Positions 36,901 through 47,995 of a stretch of 64,000 nt of DNA are shown here, piece after piece. This DNA is from Antedon mediterranea (lineage: Eukaryota; Animalia; Echinodermata), in assembly GCF_964355755.1 (NCBI RefSeq), contig NC_092673.1, forward strand, positions 1,984,001-2,048,000. Direction: 5' to 3'. The notes beneath the pieces were generated by a model, which was given only the letters and a program-made list of their open reading frames with translations, searched no databases and was not told the DNA's origin. The position numbers and the translations under genes are program-made. Positions within the stretch are counted from its first letter, which is position 1. Every line of letters begins with the position of its first letter.

Positions 36901-39564
36901 AGTGAAGATACAAAATAAAATAAGCACTGAAAAAATGACAATGGTGTGGATATCAGTGGCTGGATCTCAATGGAGATACAAAATAAAATAAGCAAAAAGC
37001 TAAATCAAAACGATAAAATAAAACAGCCAGAAAAATTAGCATATCTTTCGGGCAACACTAGCCCTTCATCAGTGCAAGTAAAAAAATAATAATATACATT
37101 TTTAACTAAATGTTGGTCATTGCTATAAAATAAGTATGGTAATTTAGGCACACACCATGACAAAATAACCATGTGTAGGACAAATTAAAAACTTTAAGCT
37201 TTGAGAGCTTCTAATGTTTAAAGTGTCCAATTTTGAAAAGGTTGAAGTAGTGCGTGTGCTTATTTAAATATTTTGAATTTCATTAACAAATTATATTTTT
37301 GTTTTTCATCATTATCTTTTGGAATTGTGTGTTTCATGATTTTATAGTGACATAAGGTAAGTCTTTGAAAAAGATCAAAAGCTGGCGTTATTACACTGCA
37401 CAGTGAATTACTTCACCATTATGGGTCAAATCATCTCCATTAACAAAAGTTGCTGTTACTGCGGCATTCACACAAACGTGGTGTGGTCATTAGTTTTAAA
37501 AGGTCATCTTTTAATATCATTTATTTGTACTTATTCTAATACATTTCCTTGATTTTAAAAACCAGTTAATTTTGTATAAAAAGAATATGTGTATTAATAT
37601 ATAAATCCAAAGGCAAATTACTGAAAACAATGGCAATGCTGTGGATATCAGTGGCTGGATCTCAATAGAGATATAAAATAAAATAAGCAAAAAGCTAGAT
37701 AAAAATGATAAATTAAAACAGCCAGAAAAATTATCAGAGCTTTAACCAATTACTTTAGGCAGGGCCGTAGCCACCAGTACGGTTGGTAAGGTTTCAATCT
37801 GACCACTTTTTCACAGGCCTTATGACAACCCAGTGGCTTGAACAGAGATATGTTCTCTTTTCTTGCGAAAACCGGACCACTTTATTTCTCGTGGCTACAT
37901 CACTGTTAGGCTTACTTATATTATATTGTATTAATATATGGGTATCTATTTCATGCATATATTAGAAAAGGTACAAATAAATGAAATAAATGTGTGAACA
38001 CCTCCTTACTGAACTATACCACATAACCAAGATTTTGATTTTGACCAATTTGGTATATTGGATTACTAATATTATTTTGAGGTATTGACTACCTTCTTGT
38101 TTTTGCAATTGTTTGATAGTGATTGTAAACCACTTTTTTTAACACTAATGATATTTAAAACACATTAGGAAATTGATTTGTACATAAACTAATAACACGT
38201 CTAGTTAACAATAATGTCATATTAATGCCGTATACAGTTATAGCTGTGACACGAGTGAGAGATTAATTTCTTGTTAAGAAACTTAAGCTGAGGACTCAGC
38301 ACACGAATCATCTGTTGAGGTTTCACAGCACTAAAATAATTGATTACCAACCTAGGCTCTAACAATTGTAAATAAGATGTGCTGTGCTGACAAACGTTAG
38401 AACTATCTTTCATATTGTATGGGGGTGGGTGGGGGTGTTAATTTAGAAGCATCAGTATTGTAATACCATAAAATTAAACTATTTATAATTAAATTATAGT
38501 AAAGCATGGATAACTAAGACTAAGTAATTGATTAGTACCCTGAGTTCTAAAATTGTGAAAAAAGAGAAATTGTACTGTATATAAAATGAAATATTAATTG
38601 GGGGAGGGGCGGGTAATTGGTACTGGATAATTTTTAGTTGCATCAATATAAATACATAAAAATATGTATATACCATAGAAATGAAAATTGATAAATTAAA
38701 TTATTAATAGTTATAGTAAACCACAGATTGATACTGTAAGCATAATGTAATAATATTCATATACAAAATGTTTGTATTTATAGAATACAGTTATACTATC
38801 AACAATTGTAAATACAAGAAATTATCATTAACAAATAAAAAATGTGCACTGTAAGTTGATGCCAGGTTCTGATCTTGCTTACCTTTATTTAACGCTCCTT
38901 CCAACAGGATGCTAATTTCAAACCTTTTACAGGGAAAAGAAAGGAAAAGAAAAGAAACGGAAAAAGGAATCGAACAACAAGATGACATTAGAGAAGAAAA
39001 TCCGATCAATGATATTACTGAAACCACTCAGCTCTGATCAAGAAAGGTAAATAATCAATTGGTCATTCCTTCCATTGTTTCTCCCAATGATTATTGTTCC
39101 TGGCACTCATTGCTCATGGTGCTGTTTTCCTTAAGCTCTGTCTACACTATAAAACTAGTTTCACAAAAACAGTGTGATGTGCCCAAATATGGTAGTGATA
39201 TGCCCAAATATGGTAGTGATATGCCCAAATATGGTAGTGATATGACATATTTCAGGAGTTTGCTAGGCGATGTTTTTTAAGCTCTGTCTACAGAGTTTTA
39301 GTCTCCATCATTAAAATACATTTTTATTCTATATTATGTAGTAATGAACCAAGCCAAAGGATAAAATCCAAAAAAAAGTTGGCACCAATTAAAAGTAAGA
39401 AATATGGTGGAAAGGGAGTGCACAATTCACCGCTTCCTGGTATTCCTGGAGTTAGACCAGATCCTATCGGACGAGCGGATTCTATTGATTATTCATCAGA
39501 CCAAAATAATGATAGACAATATGAAGATATTGTAAAGAAGAAAAAAAGAAACGGAAAGTATTAA
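24979..39564 (+). CDS. EVC2: EvC ciliary complex subunit 2 (limbin) homolog, about 1528 aa type I membrane protein
   Basis: 24 phase-consistent coding exons: 24979-25624, 26136-26395, 26847-27002, 27464-27689, 27956-28080, 28366-28658, 29019-29096, 29184-29427, 29720-29914, 30198-30422, 30687-30926, 31402-31474, 31883-32074, 32493-32602, 32708-32805, 33214-33415, 34119-34268, 34450-34551, 34716-34841, 35349-35572, 35830-35917, 36266-36462, 38933-39046, 39342-39564 (TAA), total 4587 nt. Signal peptide, beta-rich N-glycosylated ectodomain, TM preceded by HGLAALGFF (recalls vertebrate EVC2 HGLHAAGFF), long cytoplasmic coiled coil. Confidence 0.85.
25871..26078. mobile_element. P-element-like MITE (CAAGG..CCTTG)
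   Basis: 30-bp TIR CAAGGCAATCTAACAACAAGATGCTGAGCT; flanks ATAGAAT and ATGGAAC look like a decayed 7-bp duplication. Confidence 0.65.
36835..37735. repeat. Local direct duplication in an EVC2 intron
   Basis: About 36835-37040 (itself internally duplicated) recurs at about 37603-37735. Confidence 0.8.
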
Positions 39565-40256
39565 AGAAACATCTTTAAATTTATAGTTTTAAAAAATGAA
39601 GATTAATAAAATCAGACTTTAAACAGCTTTAATTAGTTATTCACTTCTTTAAAAAAAAAAAAAAAAAAAATGATTTTACTTATAAAAAGACAAAAGAAAT
39701 GGTTAGTTTTAACCAAAAAATATTGTCTGACAATTTAAGTATTTTTTGCTTTAAGTTACATTTTTTTCAGGTAAATATTTTTTTTTTGGGCCCAGTTTTT
39801 GGTTAAAGTGAATACTACTACTATGTGACAATAAATGGCATTCAACAACAAATTTGAAAAACAAAAATGTAGGGGACAATATATGAATACATCTAGGCCT
39901 ATAGGGGATCGACTGTGAGCAATTTCTTTAGTAACCAAATGATAAACTCTGGTAAAAGATTATACATTTTATTTAATTTTAATATTCCCGTAATATTCAT
40001 CATGTAACCTGTCCTGGAGTTCCCAGCCGCTTTGTAACGTTATTCTCAAATACAACCTTACCTCCCAATTAAATTTGTGTATTTATAATATGTTAAAAAT
40101 GGTATTTTACAAGTGAGGTGTAATAATATTTGTAGATAGTGTATATTTGAATTTAAATATTTTTACAGAGATTACCTAACCAATTTACAACTAAAGATAA
40201 ATAAAAACAGAGGCTGTAATAAGTCAATATTATGAGATTTTAACATTAGGTAATTT

Positions 40257-42443
40257 CAAAGAACTTATAACACAAGAATCTCCTGTTCTTCAATTTGCAT
40301 TCAAAACACAGTATCGGAAGTACAGGGTTAAAAGGTCAAACTGGGCGACGCCATTTCACAGCATGGAGCAGCGCCCCCTCCAAACTAGGAAGTCAATTAC
40401 TCTACCCTCCTAGAGTATTAGCAGAATTATCGATACGGGTTGGGTAGGTTTGGCCAGTATGCGTACCTTTTTATGGCCAGCGGGCGTCCCGGAAATTGCG
40501 CAATATGGCCAGCGGGCGTCCAATTATTGCGCAATATTTGTTCAATGGCAGCGTCCGCTCCTCAGCTCCGTGCGTGTGAAATACGTACAATGCGACACAG
40601 ATGGCGCTATATACATAATTAATTTTATATATACAGAATTTGCAAGTAGGGCAAGGCTGAACTGAGGCCTCTAAAATCCAATCTATCTGTTCAGAGGAGG
40701 CTAGTAGCCTAAGTTAAACTGATTTAGTAAATTATACTACTGTATTTTAGGGCCTAATTAATAACAATTATTAATAGTTTTAACTATTATAATGTCAATC
40801 AAAAAACATTTTTAATGAAATTTCACATTATTTAATATTTTTTTTCTGATAAATAATAATAGTACGTGGCCGGCCGGCATCTCGCGCGGAAAATGTAAAT
40901 ATAACGCCCTCTCTGTCGCATTGTACGTATTTTTCACACGCATGGAGCGCGCGGACGCTGCCATTGAAAACATATTGCGCAATAATTGGACGCCCGCTGG
41001 CGATTTTTTTTTTCGTACATAAGTTGGGGACCCCTTCATGAAACGTCACAAAATAAACATGAATAATTCATCAGTTAAATTTGTTGTTCCGTGTGCACCC
41101 AAGCGTATAGCAACAAGAAGTGATTACACAACTGCGATACGATACTTTCTACAGTAGGCCTAGGATTCCAAGTCAATTCACGTGATTGCCTTCGCGCACT
41201 CTTCTTCACACAAAATGTGTCGAGTCGAGGCTAATCGACAGCTAGGCAAGACATTAAACTAGTAGTAATTCATTGGACATAGCCCAAAGAAAGCTTAGAC
41301 CCACAAGAATAAAGAATGTGTATAATTTGTGTACTGTATTTTTTTAATTCTGCTATTTTATTATCAAACAATATGCATGTACTCAAAGGAATTTTAAAAA
41401 TGCGCGTATATGAACACATGAGATGGGAAGATTTCACCCACGAGAATAAAAAATGTATTTTTGTGTAATGTTTATTGTTTAATTTTGCTGACTTATTACT
41501 CGGATTGTGTCATACCAAAGATAGTAAGTGTAACTATCTTTGGTCATACCTAACACACACACGTCACACAGCTACTACTACTACTAAATAGACATGGGTT
41601 TAGAGACTAATAATTAGGCCTAATAGTATTAATAGAAACTATAGTTTTAACACGTAATTCTTTAGTAATAAATTATTTAAAAACACCATAAACTAAAGGC
41701 TGATTATTTCGACAATCCACACAAAACGCCGCTATTCTTCTATGAAATCGCACGCCGCAACAACAGCGGAGATAGGCCTAGAATCGTACCGCACTTGTGT
41801 AATCACTTCTTGTTGCTATACGCTTGGGTGCACACGGAACAAGAACATTTAACTGATGAATTATTCATGTTTATTTTGTGACGTTTCATGAGGGGGTCCC
41901 CAACTTATGTACGAAAAAAAAAATCGCCGCCCGCTGGCCATATTGCGCAATATCCGGGACGCCCGCTGGCCATAAAAAGGTACGCATACTGGCCAAACCT
42001 ACCCAACCCTGTAGGAATTATCCCCTCTATGATTTTGACTTTCTAATTTGATGCGGGCGCCCTACTCCTCAATCAATTACTCTACCCCCCCCCCCCCCTA
42101 GAGCATTAGCAGATCCCCTCTATGATTTTGACTTTCTAATTTGATGCGGGCGCCCTACTCCATGGCTCACAATGGCGCCACCCATAGCTCTATTCTATCC
42201 CACAATGCCTTTCGAAATTGTTACGCGCTTCAGACGAACAGGAGATTCTTGTGTTATAATAGTCTGGGCTCCAGACGGAGTTTTTTCTTAATACAGTATT
42301 AGTAAAAATATAAATATTTTTGCACATATGGCGTTTCATACGTGTATTACTTGAGTGACAAAAATCGCGGTCGAAATAAAAACAAATAAATAAAAAAAAA
42401 AACAATACAGACTTGGGGAAAGTCTAGTGTTATAAGTTCTTTG
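40257..42443. mobile_element. P-element-like non-autonomous transposon (outer element of a nested cluster)
   Basis: TIR CAAAGAACTTATAACAC(A/T)AGA; exact 7-bp duplication GTAATTT at 40250-40256 and 42444-42450. Confidence 0.8.
40436..42011. mobile_element. TA-flanked long-TIR element (Tc1/mariner-like ends) with two internal inverted-repeat lobes
   Basis: About 80-bp near-perfect TIR C(A)GGGTTGGGTAGGTTTGGCCAGTATGCGTACC..; TA at 40434-40435 and 42012-42013; inner inverted pairs at about 40505-40615/40895-41000 and 41001-41143/41783-41927. Confidence 0.85.
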
Positions 42444-43198
42444 GTAATTTTCTTCCAGTACTCGGCTATTCTAAGTTAGTTTTTTGTAATATTATACCCA
42501 CAATACCTCACTTGTATTATAATACTGTACATACAGGGTATCGTAAGTGTTGAAATACAGTAGAGATTATTGTGTAATAATTAATAAAAATATTTGTTTT
42601 AAATCTGTGTAGATACAACAATATTTATCTTTGTTCCTAATTATTATTGTTTAAAATATGTATTATTATTATTTATTAAAACTTAGTCTATAATGTGACC
42701 ATATTGTATGTAAACGAACTATTTTGTATAATAATTTAACCATTAAAGTTGTTTTTAATGTGTGTTGATCAACTGTTAAAATCATACCTGCTTTTGTACT
42801 TTATGATATAGACATTTCAAATGATAATTAACGGCATTTATTTTATCATAAAGAAGAGATTTTAAATCATTATATGTTGAATCTGGTAAGTAATATGTAG
42901 TTTTTGAGAAAAATGCAGCAAACATTTTTAGCATTTTTTTTTATAAAATATGAATTTTTATATCACTCGCTTAGAATAAACGCCTCCTTCAAATAAACAC
43001 CCCCCCCCCCCCTCTAAGAATCCCAGGCGTTTATTTTTTTTCTCTCAAATAAACACCCTGCCACATGCATTATAAAATACACAATATGGTATTACAACAC
43101 ATTTCTATTTGTAGTAGAATTGAGTGACAAGATCTACAATTTACCAAGAATTTTGATACCTTTGTTTACTGTATTTTTTCACTTTTAGAAATCTGAAC

Positions 43199-43268
43199 AA
43201 TAAACGCCCGGGACGTTTATTCGAATAAACGCCCGGGACGTTTATTCGAATAAACGCCCGGGACGTTT
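43199..43268. repeat. Tandem repeat, 25 bp x about 3, each unit a hairpin
   Basis: AATAAACGCCCGGGACGTTTATTCG units. Confidence 0.9.
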
Positions 43269-43390
43269 AAATATCTATTATATTCACAATTTACACTATT
43301 ACAGTTTTGTAATAATATTTTTTTCAATTACACTATTTCTTAAATTGTGCAATCATTTAATTTACCTTATTCTAGCTTTGCACAAATTTA

Positions 43391-44279
43391 TTACATTTGT
43401 AGGATTTCGCAACATTTGGGAGATGAGCAAATGGCGGCCTCTATCTTGTCACGGCTAAAGTTAGGGAAATGATCCAAAATAACCAAAGTAAGTTCCTCAA
43501 ATGTTTTCATCTCTTTTACTTCTAGTTGGTGATCATCGTTTTCAAATAAAAGCGCTGAATTTTTGATTGCAATGATTTTTTCATTTTCAAATTTGACCAA
43601 TGTTAGGTCTTCTAAAAATGGACTTCCATGTATTCCAGGAATGGTGTACATAGCTGTACAAACTGGTTTAAAGTAGTCGATTTCACGGGGAGTCGGGTCA
43701 ATGTCTCCGAAGGCATACCAAGCTTTGCTGTCGATATTAACTGGAAATTCGTATCTTTTATCATGTTTGTGCATTCGAGATATTACGCTACCGTTACGGA
43801 CAAACTTAAAATATAGAAATCCAACATGATAAATGGGAGACTCGTCTTGGAAGTCGAGTGGTATTGGATCCCACGTCGCATGTCCTAGTCCGACATCAAT
43901 TATGTGAAGATCTCCTGTTTTTGTGAGATGACGTACTATAAGACATAAATGGTTACTACCTGATTTCAGTACAGTACAGGAGCAGTAATAAACATCAAAG
44001 CCTATTGTATTTAAAAGTTCCTTCATAAATTGGTTGGCAACGTAGCAGCGACCACCCCTTCCTCTAAACATGTCTTCTTTAACTTCTTGAAATGATGGAA
44101 GATGACGATCTTCTGGTCTGGTGCTTAGATTGATAACATTTTGAAATGGTTCCACATGTAAGAACTTGTAGAGTATTTCTCTCATTAAGTTGAATCTGTT
44201 TTTGTTCAACTTTTCTTCTATGTTGGTGATGGACAACTTGTTCTCAAAGAACGCATGTGCTTCTTGTAAAACTCAGCAT
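43391..44279 (-). pseudogene. Arylamine N-acetyltransferase paralog with a +1 frameshift at codon 4 (pseudogene, N-truncated gene or sequencing error)
   Basis: Highly similar to 47108-47995. ATG at 44279; ATG-to-stop span is 889 nt versus 888 nt in the paralog, with one extra base in the A4 run at 44268-44271. The downstream ORF is intact with RGGRC, NHLCL and IDVGLG (Cys-His-Asp triad). Confidence 0.75.
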
Positions 44280-44802
44280 ATTAATAGATCTGAAAGTTGA
44301 AAAAACGTTATCATGTACTCAATGAAAGAAAAGCTAAATTACTAAAACAGCAATGCCGTGAGATACAGTTGAAGGATATCGGATGAAATAAAAAATAAAC
44401 CAACTAAATTAAATTTGTATTGGACAATACTATTTCCTCTCGGTGACAAGAAAACCAATAGCAAGTGTTTACATATGCTTGGTTTCCTGTTTAACAGATT
44501 AAATATGAATACATTATATAATGCGATATTGGTGTCTATGAACTATCAACGTGACCTGCATCTATTTTGTTTATTGTGTTTAGATGTTACTCGTGCATAT
44601 GACGATTTCTTTTATTTTTCTTTGAAAGAAAATTTCAAAATGACAATAAGAAATAAAATATCTATTTAAACAAAGAAAGGAGGAACATTCTTGAAGAAAA
44701 TGCTTATAAAAGAAAAGGCCCCAATTTTTTTAAATATTGATTTTATTAAATAAACAAAAATCAGACCTTTGCAAAAGGTTTTCAAACAAAATACAACACT
44801 AA

Positions 44803-44981
44803 AGCGTGGTTCCCACTAGCGACGCAACGCAAGGACGTAACGCAACGCAAGTGAATTGACCAATCACAAGCGATGGCTTATTCGCTTGTGATTGCTAACT
44901 GTCTATAACTTCGCTTGTCATTGGTTAAAACGCTTGCGTTGCGTTTACGTCCTTGCGTTACGTTCTAGTGGGAACCAAGCT
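44803..44981. mobile_element. PIF/Harbinger-type MITE family B, 179 bp
   Basis: TIR AGC(T/G)TGGTTCCCACTAG.., TAA on both sides; near-identical inverted copy at 55092-55270; decayed copies at about 11137-11240, 21087-21200 and 27717-27787. Confidence 0.9.
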
Positions 44982-45563
44982 TAATACTAAGTACCGTTCA
45001 CACGCACAGCGTAAGACTGGCGTAACTTACGGTAAGTTAATCCACAGATTAAAATGCCCAGGTTTTCACATGTACGATTTGCACTGTCTTGATGACCGTC
45101 TTTGTTTTTTTAACCCATTTCTTGAAATACGGCCATCTTAGTTATAGTCACCGCTTGATTTACAATGCTGAGTTCAATCCTTTTTCGAGCAACACTCTGA
45201 TTTTAGATTTTATTTACTAAATAATGCGCTTCAGCTCGAAGAGCAGAGAGCATTTTATACCAGCAATACAACAATACATACATTAAAAGTAATTGATAAA
45301 TATCTTGAAATTAGGTCAAAGGTCGTTAATTAAGATGGGGTTATGTAGCTGTCGTTAATAATGCCATTTGTTGCATTGCGGCCATGACTTCTATAAATCT
45401 TGGTATCTTCAGTAGCAGCCAAAAAAGCTGGATTTGAGGATTTTTTTACAAAAGACCTTTAATTAAAAAATATCAGTTACAAACATTTCATTCAAAAAAA
45501 ATATTACACAAAAAAAGAAGAGAAGCAGCAAAATTGAAAACGTTCGCAATTTACGCCGTAGGG

Positions 45564-45668
45564 CCTATGTGTGAACAGACTCTATGTGTGAACAGGCTCT
45601 ATGTGTGAACAGGCTCTATGTGTGAACAGACTCTATGTGTGAACAGGCTCTATGTATGAACAGGCTCT
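45564..45668. repeat. Minisatellite, 18 bp x about 6
   Basis: CTCTATGTGTGAACAG(G/A) units. Confidence 0.9.
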
Positions 45669-46760
45669 TGGTGTATTAGCTCATATTTTAAAATGTAAAC
45701 CTTTGTTGCAACAACATTGATAAAAATCATATCCATTGTTAGACGGCGGAATCTTTGTTGTACTTTCACTGTTTGACTGTTCAAATGTGAAGATACTGTA
45801 TCTAAATAATGTGATAGTGTACAGTGGGTGGTGTGTACGTCATACACCATGTGACCTTTGAACTTATTCTATATAAGATATTGTAAACTACACTTGTTTA
45901 AGATCTATTGTCTCCCAAAACACGAAAAATAATAAAATCCGACTTTTAATAGGCCATTTTGTAGTTTTTAATAAAGTTATTCACTTCTCCCTATAGAAAA
46001 AAAACACAAAAAAAGATATATTGTTTCACAAGACAAAAATAAACGATTTTTCTGACAGACAATTTAGTATTTTTTGCTTTAAATTACATTTTTTCAGGTA
46101 AATAATTTTTTGCAATCCACTTTTTGGTCAAAGTAAATAACTAATGCGACATTCAAATGGCATATTCAACAAAAGATAAAAAAAAAAACAATTTTTGTTC
46201 AGGGGGACGATATCATTAACTGTCAATGTAAATACTGTATAGTAATAATATGCGGAGTCTATGTACCCGCATGTCATGCCACTTTTTGTTGTGACATTAG
46301 ACAACAATTATTATCAATTCTATTTATTACTGTAGGTTTGTTACATCAATCTACATATCATTCTAGCCATTTTCATAATTAAGGAAAAAAACAAATAAAG
46401 CCACACTTGTTTTGATTTCAAAATAATTTTAATGAAGAATGTGCAATACATTGAAATTACTAATTTTCATTTGTTTAAAACTTTGGTTTAAAATTCTCGT
46501 CTTTATAGTTATAAAATTATTTTTTAAAAATCATGATTAATTGCTCCTGTAATTCGTAATGCAATCTGATTAAACCCGGAACACATGTTTTATACACTTA
46601 TACTATACCTACAAGGTTCATGTTATTGCGTGTGTATGTTATTAACTGAAATTTGTACTATAACCTGAATTTATTTATTTACATTTATTTTACATTGTAT
46701 TTATTATTAGTATTATTACCGGTAAGTATTTATTGTATCATTAAAATAATACACTATGTT

Positions 46761-47080
46761 GACTTTGTCTAGAACTTTCACCTTTCCAGATCCAGATGCA
46801 CTACTGCTGTACAAGACTAGATACATAAGGAAGATAAGATTGGACTTTGTCCAAAACTTTCATCTCCAGATCCAGATGCACTACTGCTACAAGACTAGTT
46901 ACATAAGGAAGATAAGATTGGGCTTTGTCCAGAACTTTCATCTTTCCAGATCCAGATGCACTACTGTACTGCTGTACAAGACTAGATACATAAGGAAGAT
47001 AAGATTGGACTTTGTCCAGAACTTTCATCTTTCCAGATCCAGATGCACTACTGCTGTACAAGACTAGATACATAAGGAAG
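46761..47080. repeat. Tandem repeat, about 80 bp x 4, directly 3' of the intact NAT gene
   Basis: GACTTTGTCCAGAACTTTCATCTTTCCAGATCCAGATGCACTACTGCTGTACAAGACTAGATACATAAGGAAGATAAGATTG units with small indels. Confidence 0.92.
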
Positions 47081-47107
47081 TTCAGATTGAGAAATCTTTG
47101 CAGCAAT

Positions 47108-47995
47108 TTACATCTTAAAAATGTTGCAACATTTTGGAGATGAGCGAATGGCGGCTTTTATCACATCACGACTGAAGTTAGGGAAATGATCCAAGATAAC
47201 CGAAATGAGTTCCCCAAATGTTTCAATTTTTTCTGCTTCCAATTGGTGATTATCATTTTCAAATAATAGTGTTGAATTTTTGATTGCAATGATTTTTTCG
47301 TTTTCAAATTTAACCAATGTTAGGTCTTCTAAAAATGGACTTTTATGAGCTCCGGGAATGGTGTACATAGCTGTACAAACTGGTTTAAAGTAGTCGATTT
47401 CACGGGGAGTTAGATCAATCTCTCCGAAGACATGCCATGCTTTGCTGTCGATATTACCTGGAAATTCGTATCTTTTATCATGTTTGTGCATTCGAGATAT
47501 TACGCTACCGTTACGGACAAACTTGAAATATAGAAATCCAACATGATAAACGGGAGACTCGTCTTGGAAGTCGAGTGGTATTGGATCCCACGTCGCATGT
47601 CCTAGCCCGACATCAATTATGTGAAGATCTCCAGCTTTTGTGAGATGACGTACTATAAGACATACATGGTTACTACCTGATTTCAGTACAATACAGGAGC
47701 AGTTAAAAACATCAAAACCTATTGTACTTAAAAGTTCCTTCATAAATTGGTTGGCAACATAGCAGCGACCACCTCTTTCTCCAAACATGTCTTCTTTAAT
47801 TTCTTGAAATGATGGAAGATGACGATCTTCTGGTCTGGTGCTGAGATTGATAACATTTTGAAATGGTTCCACATGTAAGAACTTGTAGAGTATTTCTCTC
47901 ATCAAGTTAAATCTGTTTTTTTTTAACTTTTCTTCTATGTTGGTGATGGACAGCTTGTTCTCAAGGAACGCATGTGCTTCTTGTAAACTTAACAT
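47108..47995 (-). CDS. Arylamine N-acetyltransferase family protein, 295 aa, single coding exon
   Basis: EPFQN, RGGRCY, NHVCL, IDVGLG and SPF motifs match the NAT catalytic core. Splice acceptor just upstream of the ATG (about 48006) and a donor at 48452 indicate a non-coding first exon, as in vertebrate NAT genes. Confidence 0.92.
   Translation of the reverse strand: MLSLQEAHAFLENKLSITNIEEKLKKNRFNLMREILYKFLHVEPFQNVINLSTRPEDRHLPSFQEIKEDMFGERGGRCYVANQFMKELLSTIGFDVFNCSCIVLKSGSNHVCLIVRHLTKAGDLHIIDVGLGHATWDPIPLDFQDESPVYHVGFLYFKFVRNGSVISRMHKHDKRYEFPGNIDSKAWHVFGEIDLTPREIDYFKPVCTAMYTIPGAHKSPFLEDLTLVKFENEKIIAIKNSTLLFENDNHQLEAEKIETFGELISVILDHFPNFSRDVIKAAIRSSPKCCNIFKM

Noticed and set aside
38908-38932. 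Upstream acceptor (CAG at 38907) for the penultimate EVC2 exon
   Set aside because: Leads to a TGA before the donor; the acceptor at 38932 keeps the frame open.
40440-41049. Short ORFs inside the nested element as transposase remnants
   Set aside because: No DDE, HTH or THAP motifs; they derive from GC-rich inverted repeats.
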